From: an uncultured bacterium
GTDB lineage: Bacteria > Krumholzibacteriota > Krumholzibacteriia > Krumholzibacteriales > Krumholzibacteriaceae
NCBI GenBank assembly: GCA_964584495.1
Contig: CAZPAH010000004.1
Coordinates: forward strand, 1 to 55,375
DNA length: 55,375 bases
Direction: 5' to 3'
Shown: in pieces, positions 28,063-38,647 of the stretch
Layout: each line of letters begins with the position of its first letter
How positions within the stretch are numbered: the stretch's first letter is position 1
Position numbers and translations under genes: made by a program
The notes under the pieces: model-generated
Database searches by the model: none
Seen by the model: only the letters and a program-made list of their open reading frames with translations
Told to the model about the DNA's origin: nothing

Positions 28063-28806
28063 ATGAAAACCGTTATTCACCTGATCGACGTTACCGATTT
28101 CACCCTGGCCGACGGAAGTAAGAGCCGGGACTGGTTCAAGGAGGCGTTCGAGGCTCTTCATATATTCGACGAGATCGATCTTGTCGTTCATGACGGAGTC
28201 GCCGGCGACCTCCCTGACCCCCGCGCCGTGGCGGTTCGGGGCAGCGGCGTAATAGTATCGGGAAGCTACGGCACCGTGTATGCTAAGAAGAGATGGATCC
28301 CGCCGCTATTGAGGTTCATCGGAGAAGTCGACCGGGAAGGCGGATCGGTTCTCGGCATCTGTTTCGGGCATCACGCCCTGGCTGTGGCCCTGGGTGGAGA
28401 GGTCGTCGCCAATCCGAGGGGCAGGGAGATGGGTACAGTTCCCATCTACCTTACACCCGAAGGGGAGAAGAGCCTTCTTCTGAAAGGTTTCAGCTCGGGG
28501 GATCCGGTCAATCTCGTACACAGGACCCATGTGTCGCGCCTTCCCGCCGGAGCGGTCAGGCTCGCTTTCAACCAGATGACCCCAAACCAGGCGTTTCGGT
28601 CGGGCAGGTCGTTCGGCTACCAGCCGCACCCGGAGTTTACCCCGGTTCAGCTCATCCAGCTTACCGATAAGTACAAGAATGTCCTTGTCAGGAGGGAAAA
28701 GTTCCTCGACGACTACGAGCATGTAGAGAACTTCAAGAGGTCATTCCGCGAAACTCCTTCCTCGCGGTTCGTTCTTAGGAACTATGTCCGGATGATCGGG
28801 GAATGA
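28063..28806 (+). CDS. type 1 glutamine amidotransferase (GMP-synthase-like, stand-alone)
   Basis: 'SGS', GICFGH nucleophile, 'QPHPE' His-Glu. Confidence 0.88.
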   Translation: MKTVIHLIDVTDFTLADGSKSRDWFKEAFEALHIFDEIDLVVHDGVAGDLPDPRAVAVRGSGVIVSGSYGTVYAKKRWIPPLLRFIGEVDREGGSVLGICFGHHALAVALGGEVVANPRGREMGTVPIYLTPEGEKSLLLKGFSSGDPVNLVHRTHVSRLPAGAVRLAFNQMTPNQAFRSGRSFGYQPHPEFTPVQLIQLTDKYKNVLVRREKFLDDYEHVENFKRSFRETPSSRFVLRNYVRMIGE

Positions 28807-28862
28807 AGGTGCCCCGTTTCCCGACGGCCGTTCCGGTGTGACCCCGGAGCGCCTCGCGCCCG

Positions 28863-29600
28863 CTATCCCGCGTACATATGCTCCGACGATCCCGATGCGG
28901 CCCTTTCGGCGCTTCCGGACGCGGCCCCGCTCCACGGCATCTGGGCGCCGGGCTGCTCGCCCGGGCCGAATGTGAAATTCTCCTCCGGTGCGTAGAGCCC
29001 ATCGGTTCTAAGAAGCGAGGGGACCGTTCTGAGGATTATCCAGATGTTGAAGGCAAGCGAACGCTTCTCTATATAGGCGAGGTCGTTTTCTATCCTCTCG
29101 GGCCAGGATAACGAGTTCCTTCCGCTTATCTGCGCCAGTCCGGTCAATCCCGGCTTCACCGTCAGCCTCAGTGCCTGTCTCTTCGTGTACTGCTCCAGGT
29201 GCGAGGCCATCCCCGGCCGGGGGCCGACGATACTCATATCTCCGCGGAGGATGTTGACGAGCTGGGGCAGCTCATCGAGGCTTGTCCTTCTAAGAAAGGC
29301 GCCCGTCCTCGTGATCCTCGAATCGTCCTCGCCGCCCACGAAAAGGCCGGCCCCCTTCCTTTCCGCGCCGACGATCATCGATCGGAACTTGATGATCCTG
29401 AAAGGGCGTCCCATCATCCCGACGCGTTCCTGGAAAAAGAAAGCGGGTCCCCCGTCCTCCAGCCTGATGGCGGCGATTATGGCGGCGAACACCGGCGAGA
29501 GGATAACGATGGCGGCGATGGAGGCGAGGATATCGAAAATTCTTATCGAGAAGTTCTTCGGCCTTATGTGTCGAGCCGTCTTTTCCACGAATCCGTACAT
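28863..29600 (-). CDS. bacterial sugar transferase (polyprenyl-phosphate phosphoglycosyltransferase)
   Basis: 'FFFQERVG', 'KFRSM', 'LRRTSLDELPQL.NIL.GDMSIVGPRP', 'PGLTGLAQ'. Confidence 0.93.
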   Translation of the reverse strand: MYGFVEKTARHIRPKNFSIRIFDILASIAAIVILSPVFAAIIAAIRLEDGGPAFFFQERVGMMGRPFRIIKFRSMIVGAERKGAGLFVGGEDDSRITRTGAFLRRTSLDELPQLVNILRGDMSIVGPRPGMASHLEQYTKRQALRLTVKPGLTGLAQISGRNSLSWPERIENDLAYIEKRSLAFNIWIILRTVPSLLRTDGLYAPEENFTFGPGEQPGAQMPWSGAASGSAERAASGSSEHMYAG

Positions 29601-29741
29601 CCTGTCCGATCGCCTCAGAGTGGGAGTAGTTTCTTGCCGTCTATTGAGTTATCGCCTGTTCGGGCCGCCCCTTTAATAAAATCCGGTTGCCGCGGCCGGG
29701 TTTTTACAATACGATGTTCGAATGGATGGGGGTCCTTTTCT

Positions 29742-29766
29742 GGAACTTTGAAGACATTGGCATGTT
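29742..29766 (+). promoter_or_regulatory. possible ECF-sigma promoter upstream of the HtrA gene
   Basis: GGAACTT followed by GTT (GGAAC-N17-GTT); ECF control of htrA genes is common. Confidence 0.3.
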
Positions 29767-29811
29767 ATATAGTGAAGGATAAAGGAGCATCTTTCAACAG
29801 GAGGTACCTAA

Positions 29812-31287
29812 ATGAAAGGAATACGCAGTAGAACCGGATGGATACTAACGGTAACAATTGCGGCGGCCCTTTTTATCGGGGGGATGACGGCGGGGAATAT
29901 CTTGAGCGGATGGGGAGATCTTTCCGTGGGGGGTCCAGTTCTCGCCGGCCCGGCTATCACCGACGAACAGGATGACAGCACCCTTCCCAACGCGATCGAG
30001 AAGGTCATCCCGGCGGTCGTATATATCCAGTCGAAAAGGATCGTAAAGCAGGAGGTCAGATCGCCCCTTTCGGACAATCCCCTCTTCAGGGACTTCTTCG
30101 ACGATCTTCTCCGGCGCTACAACGTGCCGAGGGAGAGGGAGCAGCAGTATCTCGGCTCGGGGGTTATCATCAGCACTGACGGGTATATCCTGACGAACAA
30201 CCATCTCGTCCAGGATGCCGAGGAAGTGGAAGTCCTGCTTCCCGACAAGAGAAAGTTCGATGCCGAGGTTGTCGGCACCGATCCCAGGAGCGACGTCGCC
30301 GTTCTGAAGATCGACGGAAAAGACCTTCCGGCGGTGCCCAAGGGCAAGTCCTCGGATCTGAGGCTCGGTCAGACGGTTCTCGCGATCGGTTATCCCTACG
30401 CCGTCGGGCAGACGGTCACCAGGGGGATAGTCAGCGCCCTGGGCAGATCGCTCGGCCTGGTCAACTACGAAGATTTCATCCAGACCGACGCGGCGATCAA
30501 TCCGGGCAATTCTGGCGGAGCGCTGATCAATATCAACGGAGAGCTGGTCGGCATCAATACGGCGATATATTCGAGGAGCGGGGGGAACCAGGGGATAGGG
30601 TTCGCGATTCCGATAGAGCTGGCCGGACGGATAATGGACAGTCTCGTCGAGCACGGACGGGTCGTGAGGGGATATGTTGGCGTCGTTCCGCAGGATCTCG
30701 ATCCGGAGATGTCGGAGTTCTTCGATCTGAAAGACACGGGGGGAGTCCTTATCTCGACTGTGGCCGAGGACAGCCCAGCCGAGAAAGCTGGCTTCAAGCA
30801 GGGCGATGTCGTCATACTTTTCGACGGCAAGAAGATAGAGGACAGCAACGAGTTCAGGAGGCTGGCGGCCGAGAAGGAGCCGGGGAGCAAGATCGACGTG
30901 GTCGTGCTGAGGGACGGCAAGAAGAAAACACTAACGGTTACGCTGGCCGAAAGGCCCGATAGCGGCGTCGCCGAGCGGGAAGATCATATTGATGACAAGT
31001 CTCCCCTCTTCCTCGGTGTGGGGTTGGAGAACCTGACCAACGAGTACAGGGACGCCCTCAACCTTCCACCCGATGTGAAGGGAGTCGTCATCACCGATAT
31101 CGATCCGTCGGCACCGGCGGGAAAGGCCGGTCTCTCGAGGGGAGACGTCATAGTGCAGCTCAACAGGGTCATGGTCAAGGATCTCTCGGAGTTCAGGGAT
31201 GTGGTCAAGAAATCGAGGGACGACAAGGCCCTGCTGCTTGTCTACAGGGGCGGAGGATATCAGTATGTGCTGATCAGGGCGAAATGA
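29812..31287 (+). CDS. Do/DegP/DegQ (HtrA) serine endopeptidase with two PDZ domains
   Basis: 'GSGVII', 'TNNH', 'D', 'QTDAAINPGNSGG'; two PDZ-like repeats; AGGAGG SD. Confidence 0.95.
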   Translation: MKGIRSRTGWILTVTIAAALFIGGMTAGNILSGWGDLSVGGPVLAGPAITDEQDDSTLPNAIEKVIPAVVYIQSKRIVKQEVRSPLSDNPLFRDFFDDLLRRYNVPREREQQYLGSGVIISTDGYILTNNHLVQDAEEVEVLLPDKRKFDAEVVGTDPRSDVAVLKIDGKDLPAVPKGKSSDLRLGQTVLAIGYPYAVGQTVTRGIVSALGRSLGLVNYEDFIQTDAAINPGNSGGALININGELVGINTAIYSRSGGNQGIGFAIPIELAGRIMDSLVEHGRVVRGYVGVVPQDLDPEMSEFFDLKDTGGVLISTVAEDSPAEKAGFKQGDVVILFDGKKIEDSNEFRRLAAEKEPGSKIDVVVLRDGKKKTLTVTLAERPDSGVAEREDHIDDKSPLFLGVGLENLTNEYRDALNLPPDVKGVVITDIDPSAPAGKAGLSRGDVIVQLNRVMVKDLSEFRDVVKKSRDDKALLLVYRGGGYQYVLIRAK

Positions 31288-31318
31288 CGGAAGCCCTGAT
31301 CTGTCTTTGGTGGATGAA

Positions 31319-31346
31319 AAAAGGGGCGCCTACCGGCGCCCCTTTT
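31319..31346. terminator. bidirectional intrinsic terminator
   Basis: Perfect 12-bp stem AAAAGGGGCGCC-tacc-GGCGCCCCTTTT between convergent htrA and ino1. Confidence 0.85.
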
Positions 31347-31375
31347 CTGCTGACAGTCAGGCTGAACGGACGGAG

Positions 31376-32689
<1,314 letters not shown>

Positions 32690-32739
32690 TGTTACCTCCT
32701 GGTTCGTCATTCGATTCCCCGTTATCATACAACCTTGAC

Positions 32740-32780
32740 ATAATAAAACAAATTTATTATATTTATATAAACTATAAATA
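32740..32780. promoter_or_regulatory. tandem LysR-type operator palindromes
   Basis: ATAATAAA-N5-TTTATTAT (32740-32760, contains T-N11-A) followed by TATTTATA-N5-TATAAATA (32760-32780), in the ino1/lysR divergent spacer. Confidence 0.65.
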
Positions 32781-32786
32781 ATACTT

Positions 32787-33746
32787 ATGGAATTAAGAAC
32801 ACTGAAATACCTGGTCTCGCTGGCGCAGCGCGGATCGTTCACCGCCGCCGCGAAGGACCACTATGTCACTCAACCCGCAGTAAGCATTCAGCTTAAGAAG
32901 ATGCAGGAGGAGCTGGGAACCCGGCTGTTCGAGCTTGAGGGAAGAAGGATCAGGTTCACCCCCGCCGGTGAGGCGGCACTGGATTACGCGCGCAGGTTCA
33001 TCGCCCTCGAGAAAGAGCTGATCCGCGAGCTGAGGGACATGGAGGGTCTTCAGAAGGGCAGGCTCGCGCTGGGAACGATAGACGCGGCGAGCATCTACGT
33101 CCTGCCGGGGATCTTCTCCGATTTTCACGATCTCTATCCGGGGATAGATATCAACCTCGAGATCTCGCCGACCGTTCCGCTGCTCGAGGGGCTCGGAAGC
33201 GGGAGGCTCGATCTTGTCGTCGCAACCCTTCCCGTAGAGGAGACGGACGACAGATCGATCATCCCCGTTTTCAGCGAGAACCTCCTGCCGATCGCACCTC
33301 CCGGACATCCCCTGTCCGAGGGAGGGAAGATCGAGGCGAATGAGCTTTCTGATTATCCGTTCATATCTTTTCACAGGGGATCGGTGACGAGACGGATCAT
33401 CGAGGATGCCCTTCGCGAGAAGGGGGTCGAGATCAGGATCTCGATGGCGATCGACAGCCAGGAGGCGATAAGGAACCTGGTGGCCTCGGGCCTGGGGCTG
33501 GCCTTCCTGCCCGAATGGACGGTCAGGGAATACATAGAGAACGGCAGGGTGTCGCCTCTCGACATAAAGGGTCTTGAGATCAAGAGGAGCCTCGGCCTCG
33601 TTATGCCCGCCGGAAGATATCTTCCGTCGACGGTGAGGGCATTTCTGGGAGTATTGAGGGAAGGCCTGCATATCGATCTACCCGACGAATATTGCATACC
33701 CGTTCGAAAAAACGATGGTGAGGCACTCGGAAAGAAAAGCCGATGA
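32787..33746 (+). CDS. LysR family transcriptional regulator
   Basis: N-terminal HTH 'GSFTAAAK...TQPAVS.Q.K..EELG..LF'; substrate-binding domain. Confidence 0.95.
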   Translation: MELRTLKYLVSLAQRGSFTAAAKDHYVTQPAVSIQLKKMQEELGTRLFELEGRRIRFTPAGEAALDYARRFIALEKELIRELRDMEGLQKGRLALGTIDAASIYVLPGIFSDFHDLYPGIDINLEISPTVPLLEGLGSGRLDLVVATLPVEETDDRSIIPVFSENLLPIAPPGHPLSEGGKIEANELSDYPFISFHRGSVTRRIIEDALREKGVEIRISMAIDSQEAIRNLVASGLGLAFLPEWTVREYIENGRVSPLDIKGLEIKRSLGLVMPAGRYLPSTVRAFLGVLREGLHIDLPDEYCIPVRKNDGEALGKKSR

Positions 33747-33780
33747 GAAAAATGATGGAGACCGCGAGGAAGGAGATCGA

Positions 33781-34611
33781 ATGAGGAAGAAGATAGAGGT
33801 CGCGAGGGAAGCGATACTGTCGGCCGGCTCACTTGTAAAGGCGAGCTTCGGCAGGGAGCGCTCGCGCGAGGTGGAGGAGAAGGACAGGAACGATTTCGTG
33901 ACCGGAACCGACAGGGCGAGCGAAAAGATGATTACGGGAACCCTCGAATCGGCGTTTCCGCATATAGGAATCCTGGCCGAGGAGGGGACCGGGCAGAGGG
34001 GAGAGGACGAGTTCTGGGTGATAGATCCGCTCGACGGGACGACCAATTTCATCCACGGCTATCCCTCGATAGGGATCAGCATCGCCCTCGTGTCGTGCGG
34101 CGAGGTATCGCTCGGTCTCTGCTACGATCCTCTGCGCGAGGAGCTGTTCGAGGCCGTCCGTGGCGGTGGAGCGTTCTGCAACGGCGAGGCGATCCACGTC
34201 TCGGGGGCGGCTAGGATAGAGGATGCGCTTCTGGGCACCGGGTTCCCTTTCAAGGCGTACGATCATCTCGAAAGATACCTGGAGGTCTTCGGCGACCTGT
34301 TCAGGAGGTGCCAGGGGATCAGGAGGGCCGGAGCCGCGGTTCTCGATCTCAGCCACGTGGCGGCGGGGAGGCTCGACGGATTCTGGGAGCTTCACCTCAA
34401 GCCCTGGGATATGGCCGCCGGCTCGCTGATAATAAGGGAGGCGGGTGGGCTGGTAAGCGATTTCTTCGGCGGGGAGTCGTTTCTCTCGTCGGGAAATATA
34501 GTCGCCGGTTCTCCGGCGGTCTACAGGGCGGTGCTGGAGGTGACATCCCGCGTATTCAAACCCGGGGAGATACGCGAGCTTGCCACGGGATTTGACCTTA
34601 CGGCGGGTTAG
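33781..34611 (+). CDS. suhB: inositol monophosphatase family protein
   Basis: 'DFVT..D..SE', 'LAEE', 'WVIDPLDGTTNF', 'KPWDMAAG'; start moved to ATG 33781. Confidence 0.9.
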   Translation: MRKKIEVAREAILSAGSLVKASFGRERSREVEEKDRNDFVTGTDRASEKMITGTLESAFPHIGILAEEGTGQRGEDEFWVIDPLDGTTNFIHGYPSIGISIALVSCGEVSLGLCYDPLREELFEAVRGGGAFCNGEAIHVSGAARIEDALLGTGFPFKAYDHLERYLEVFGDLFRRCQGIRRAGAAVLDLSHVAAGRLDGFWELHLKPWDMAAGSLIIREAGGLVSDFFGGESFLSSGNIVAGSPAVYRAVLEVTSRVFKPGEIRELATGFDLTAG

Positions 34612-34643
34612 ACACGCGGCCGCCGGCCTGAATATTCTTTCTA

Positions 34644-34672
34644 TTGACATTGAATGCTGCTCGAAATAGCAT
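34644..34672 (+). promoter_or_regulatory. sigma70-type promoter (TTGACA-N17-TAGCAT) overlapped by inverted repeat AATGCT-N9-AGCATT
   Basis: Read directly from sequence upstream of the 34823 hypothetical gene. Confidence 0.45.
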
Positions 34673-34822
34673 TAGACCTTCATGAAATCGATGGGGTTCT
34701 TTCAATAATATCGTGTAAATCCCGGATAATCGCGGCCGGCCCGTAACAAGGAGCGTGTCCGGTTATTGCCCGGCGCGGAGAGAGCGCCCCGGATATCCGG
34801 GAACGGAAGAGGAGGAGAAGAG

Positions 34823-35635
34823 ATGGCGGCCACGACCCTTCTTCCGCCGGTGACGGCGGTGCGGATGACATGGGCCAGGACCGGAGCCTTCCCCGGCGAC
34901 GAGCATTCGAAACACTCTACGTTGCTTGCCGAGGCGGCGCTGAAGCAGATCAGGGACAGGGCGGAGAATGACGATCTCGAGCGGGCCTACGTCAACAGCG
35001 CCATAGCGACGATGGACGCCTGCCTCAGAAACCTCGCCACTATCTACAAGGGCAGGGAACTGAACTTCGAGGAGAACGGGAAGCTTCGAAAAGCCTACCT
35101 CGAATCGGTGAAGGAGAACCTCGAATTCGGAAACAAGGCGCGCGATTTCCTGAAATCGCTCCCCTCGATGGCGGTTACGGCCGGCGGCGGCGTCACCGTG
35201 ATAGAAGCTATCGGTATTGACAGGATACCGATATGGGCCTTAAGTCTCCTTCTCGCCGGTCTAGGCTATCTCGTCAATCTCATCGTCGTCCGAAAGATGA
35301 GAAGACGCACGCAGATGCTCTATGTGAAGGAGGATTACGACAGGGATCTGTATTTCGAGCAGTACGTCCGAAGGGTCTCGGCGACACTGGAGACCCTCTA
35401 TCTCGATCTGGACCGCATCCACAGGAATATTTTCAAATCCCCGTATCCCGTCGATAGGAGCGCGAAAGAAATTACCGACGGTCTCCTCTCGGGCGTGGGA
35501 ACGACATTCTGCAGGTATATGCACAAGCACATGAACGAGAAGAGGATCACCCCGGAGCTATGGCCCGTCTGCGAATCGGGGAATCCAGAGGCGACCGAGA
35601 GCTGCAGATTCTGGAGCCTGGAACAGAAGGGTTGA
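34823..35635 (+). CDS. hypothetical protein with two central hydrophobic segments and a Cys/His-rich C-terminus
   Basis: GGAGG SD before ATG 34823; protein-like composition; no family recognised. Confidence 0.7.
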   Translation: MAATTLLPPVTAVRMTWARTGAFPGDEHSKHSTLLAEAALKQIRDRAENDDLERAYVNSAIATMDACLRNLATIYKGRELNFEENGKLRKAYLESVKENLEFGNKARDFLKSLPSMAVTAGGGVTVIEAIGIDRIPIWALSLLLAGLGYLVNLIVVRKMRRRTQMLYVKEDYDRDLYFEQYVRRVSATLETLYLDLDRIHRNIFKSPYPVDRSAKEITDGLLSGVGTTFCRYMHKHMNEKRITPELWPVCESGNPEATESCRFWSLEQKG

Positions 35636-35670
35636 AAAAATTAGGGGACCGCCCCAAAGAGGCGGCCCCC
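35635..35670 (-). terminator. probable intrinsic terminator
   Basis: GGGGACCGCC/GGCGGCCCCC stem (one mismatch) next to an A6 tract (U tract on the minus strand), between convergent genes. Confidence 0.55.
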
Positions 35671-35689
35671 CGATCACAGGCGGGACTTG

Positions 35690-36817
35690 CTAGAGCGAAT
35701 TGCTGCAGTTCATGCCCCATATCCCCTTGAAGAATCCCCTTCCATCCTCGCCTGTGACCCATTCCCCTTTAAGACGGCCTGCCGGCGCGGTGTTCCTGCC
35801 GTACCATTCTCCCTCGAACCATCCGCTCGAGATAAGCTCGGCCACGGAAGTGACCGACGGGGAATATCCGTAATGTCCCCTTAGTATGCCCTTGAACTCA
35901 CCGCGGAGGCCGATATACTTTCCGAAAAATATCCGCTCCCCGGCGCTGTTGATGCCGAAATGCCCCCTGAGATATCCGGCCATCCAGCCGGCCTCGTTGA
36001 TCCAGATACCGTGGAACCTGCCGAGGACTATCCCGCGCTGCTCACCCGTGTAGGTATTCACGATGGTGTCCGGCTCGGTCTTCCTGAAATCGCCGAGAAG
36101 GTATCCGTGCGGGCACTCCGGCGTGACGACATGGCTCGCTATCATGATGCCGTTACCGCATCTGTCGACCGGCTGGAACAGCTCGAGCGCCTCCAGCTCG
36201 TCGATCGTGAAGGTTCTGCTGAAAGGCCCCGTCTTGAATGTCAGGGTCGCGGGGGCCAGCTCGTTGCCGAGCGAATCGAGGGCTGAGGGCGGAACGATGA
36301 TCCTCACCATTATCCCGTCCACGTGGGGGCATGTATGCGATACCCACTCTATCGTCGATCTGTCGATCCTCGTGATGTAATCCCGCGGATCGAAAGCTAT
36401 CAGCCTCTCGATTACGATCGCACCCCCGTCGATATGCATGCCGCCCGTCCAGTCGAGCGGGCAGCAGTCGGTGATCGTCGAATCGACGACGGTATTCGCC
36501 AGCCTGCCCCAGACGGCCCGCAGCCTGTATCTCTTGACGTTGCGGTGGCGCTCCATCGCCTGGACGGAATTCTCGTTCTGCATCGGGTCCCCGTACAGGG
36601 GCTCCTGCCCCATCGCTTCGTACTGTTCCGGTTCTCCGAAGGCGACGAGCTCGTCGCCCTCCGTGTACCCTCCCGTAGGCGAATCGAGGTCGATCGCGCT
36701 TTCGGCATCCGCCGTCGTGTCGGACACCGGGGACACGGCATCGCTTCCGGTAAGCTGGCAGCCCGCCGCAATGGCGATGAGGAGTAGAACGAACAGCGGT
36801 GAAAGTATTCTCTTCAT
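35690..36817 (-). CDS. hypothetical lipoprotein
   Basis: Signal peptide with lipobox IAAGC; C-terminal third rich in G-x-(W/F/Y)-x-G strands. Confidence 0.8.
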   Translation of the reverse strand: MKRILSPLFVLLLIAIAAGCQLTGSDAVSPVSDTTADAESAIDLDSPTGGYTEGDELVAFGEPEQYEAMGQEPLYGDPMQNENSVQAMERHRNVKRYRLRAVWGRLANTVVDSTITDCCPLDWTGGMHIDGGAIVIERLIAFDPRDYITRIDRSTIEWVSHTCPHVDGIMVRIIVPPSALDSLGNELAPATLTFKTGPFSRTFTIDELEALELFQPVDRCGNGIMIASHVVTPECPHGYLLGDFRKTEPDTIVNTYTGEQRGIVLGRFHGIWINEAGWMAGYLRGHFGINSAGERIFFGKYIGLRGEFKGILRGHYGYSPSVTSVAELISSGWFEGEWYGRNTAPAGRLKGEWVTGEDGRGFFKGIWGMNCSNSL

Positions 36818-37183
36818 CTTTCCTTACCCTCCCTTTCCTTTGACTGGGTTAAAGTCGACTTTTCTTCCTTAAGGCTTGATTTACGAGAAAGGTCCTGGCC
36901 CGACCCTCTAGCTGATTTAGTCCTGCTATCCCTTTTTGCAGGACCGGTGCCTGATCGTGATCCCGGACGAAAATAGTGCCATCTTATTGTATAGGCATTA
37001 GTTGCAAAATCGACTTTCATGCGGGGCGGTCCGGTTTGAAGGGGGAAGTTGTACCGTATGGTTCAATCGAGAGATTTGAGTGTCCACGCAGGTCCATAAA
37101 TCGGATCGAACCGAAGAAATCGCTAAAAGTTTACCGAAAAGGGACGAAAGTACTACTGAAGGATCGTGAAAAAAGGAGCGGCG

Positions 37184-37846
37184 ATGAAGGAACTTGTAAT
37201 ATATGGAGGGGGGGGATTCGCCAGGGAGGTCTCTTTCCTCGTGAGGGAGATAAACAAAGGTCCGGGCGGTCCCTTCTACGATTTTCTGGGATATATAGAC
37301 GACAACCCCTCGGCGACCGGAAGGGAGATCGGCGGCGGCGGGATCATCGGGGACGGCGGATGGTTCGAGAAGAGGAAGGAAAAGGTATGCTGCGCTATCG
37401 CCATAGGTAATCCAGCGGCGATCGAGCGCATCAGCGGCAGGCTCGCATCCTACGATTGCGTTGAATTTCCTAACCTTATCGACCGCTCGGTGACGATGGA
37501 CGATGCAAGGGTCGAGCTCGGCGAGGGGAACATCATTACCGCCGGTAATATCTTCACGACCGATATCCGCATAGGTTCCTTCAACATCTTCAACCTATCC
37601 TGCACGTGCGGGCACGATGTGGTGATCGGGGACTGCTGCGTGATTAACCCCGGCTGCTGCATCTCCGGCTGCATCCACATGGAGGGAAGGTCTCTTGTCG
37701 GCACGGGGGCGACGGTTCTACAGTGCCTCACCATCGGGGAAGGGGCGGTCATCGGGGCGGGAGCCGTGGTGACGAAGGATGTCGAGGGGGGCGTCACGGT
37801 GGTCGGAGTGCCGGCAAGGCCGGTCGCGGTGCGCTCCGGCGTCTGA
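37184..37846 (+). CDS. NeuD/PglD-type sugar O/N-acetyltransferase (left-handed beta-helix)
   Basis: 'IYGGGGFAREV', 'GYIDD', 'AIAIGNP', 'GHD', hexapeptide repeats, 'GVPA'; AGGAG SD. Confidence 0.9.
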   Translation: MKELVIYGGGGFAREVSFLVREINKGPGGPFYDFLGYIDDNPSATGREIGGGGIIGDGGWFEKRKEKVCCAIAIGNPAAIERISGRLASYDCVEFPNLIDRSVTMDDARVELGEGNIITAGNIFTTDIRIGSFNIFNLSCTCGHDVVIGDCCVINPGCCISGCIHMEGRSLVGTGATVLQCLTIGEGAVIGAGAVVTKDVEGGVTVVGVPARPVAVRSGV

Positions 37847-37938
37847 CGGACACGAAGCCGACTAGCAACCGCCGCCTCCTCAGGCGGCCGATCCGTGCAG
37901 GCTCCAATCCGGCGGGCCGCAGGTAACCCCACAATTTA

Positions 37939-37965
37939 TGAAACAACTTCAACGTTCCGCCCGTA
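37939..37965 (+). promoter_or_regulatory. putative ECF-sigma promoter (TGAAAC-N17-CGTA)
   Basis: Resembles SigW/SigX-type consensus; about 40 nt before the 38007 start. Confidence 0.4.
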
Positions 37966-38006
37966 TCCTATGCATGGGACGATTCATCAAACAAGGAGGA
38001 CTCGGG

Positions 38007-38585
38007 ATGAAAAGAATTCTGGTTTTCATCATAGCCGCAGCTTTCACATTCGCCGCCTTCGGGGACACCGACGCCGAGTGCCGGATCAAGTATAAGGATC
38101 ACGATTCGTACCTGGGATTCAGGGATGATGACGTCGAGGTCGATTTCGACGACGGAAGCATCATTTTCTACTCTGACCGGGACGACGACGAGGTCGAGAT
38201 CACCGAGGATTACGAGCTGCTTATAAACGGCAAGCGGATAAAGCTCGACAAGGACCAGGAAAAGCTGGTTGAACGGTATTACGATAACATGGAGGATATA
38301 GTCGATTTCGCGAAGGAGCTGGGGATCGAGGGGGCGAAGATAGGAGCGAGCGGGGCCAAGCTGGGGCTTGATGCCCTGGCGAAGGTTTTCATGCTTCTTG
38401 ACGACGATTACGATTCCGACGATCTCGAGAAGGAGATGGAAAAGGCGGCGGATAAAATCGAGCGCAGGGCGAAAAAGCTTGAGAAAAAGGCCGAAAAAAT
38501 AGAGGATATGGCCGATGATCTTGAAAGAACCCACCGCAAGCTGAGAAGAGCGGTGCCGGAGCTCGACGAGCTCGGCTGGTTCTGA
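38007..38585 (+). CDS. exported DUF2884/YggN-like protein
   Basis: Signal peptide; 'ITEDYELLINGKRIKLD..Q..L...YY'; helical acidic/basic C-terminus; AGGAGG SD. Confidence 0.6.
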   Translation: MKRILVFIIAAAFTFAAFGDTDAECRIKYKDHDSYLGFRDDDVEVDFDDGSIIFYSDRDDDEVEITEDYELLINGKRIKLDKDQEKLVERYYDNMEDIVDFAKELGIEGAKIGASGAKLGLDALAKVFMLLDDDYDSDDLEKEMEKAADKIERRAKKLEKKAEKIEDMADDLERTHRKLRRAVPELDELGWF

Positions 38586-38647
38586 CAGGCCCGCGCCCGC
38601 ATGAAGGCGGGTTGTCCGTAATGTGACAGGGAAGGAGAGGCCGAGCT

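Noticed and set aside
36992-37006. TAGGCATTAGTTGCA resembling a sigma54 promoter
   Set aside because: The GG-to-GC spacing is 8 nt rather than the required 10.
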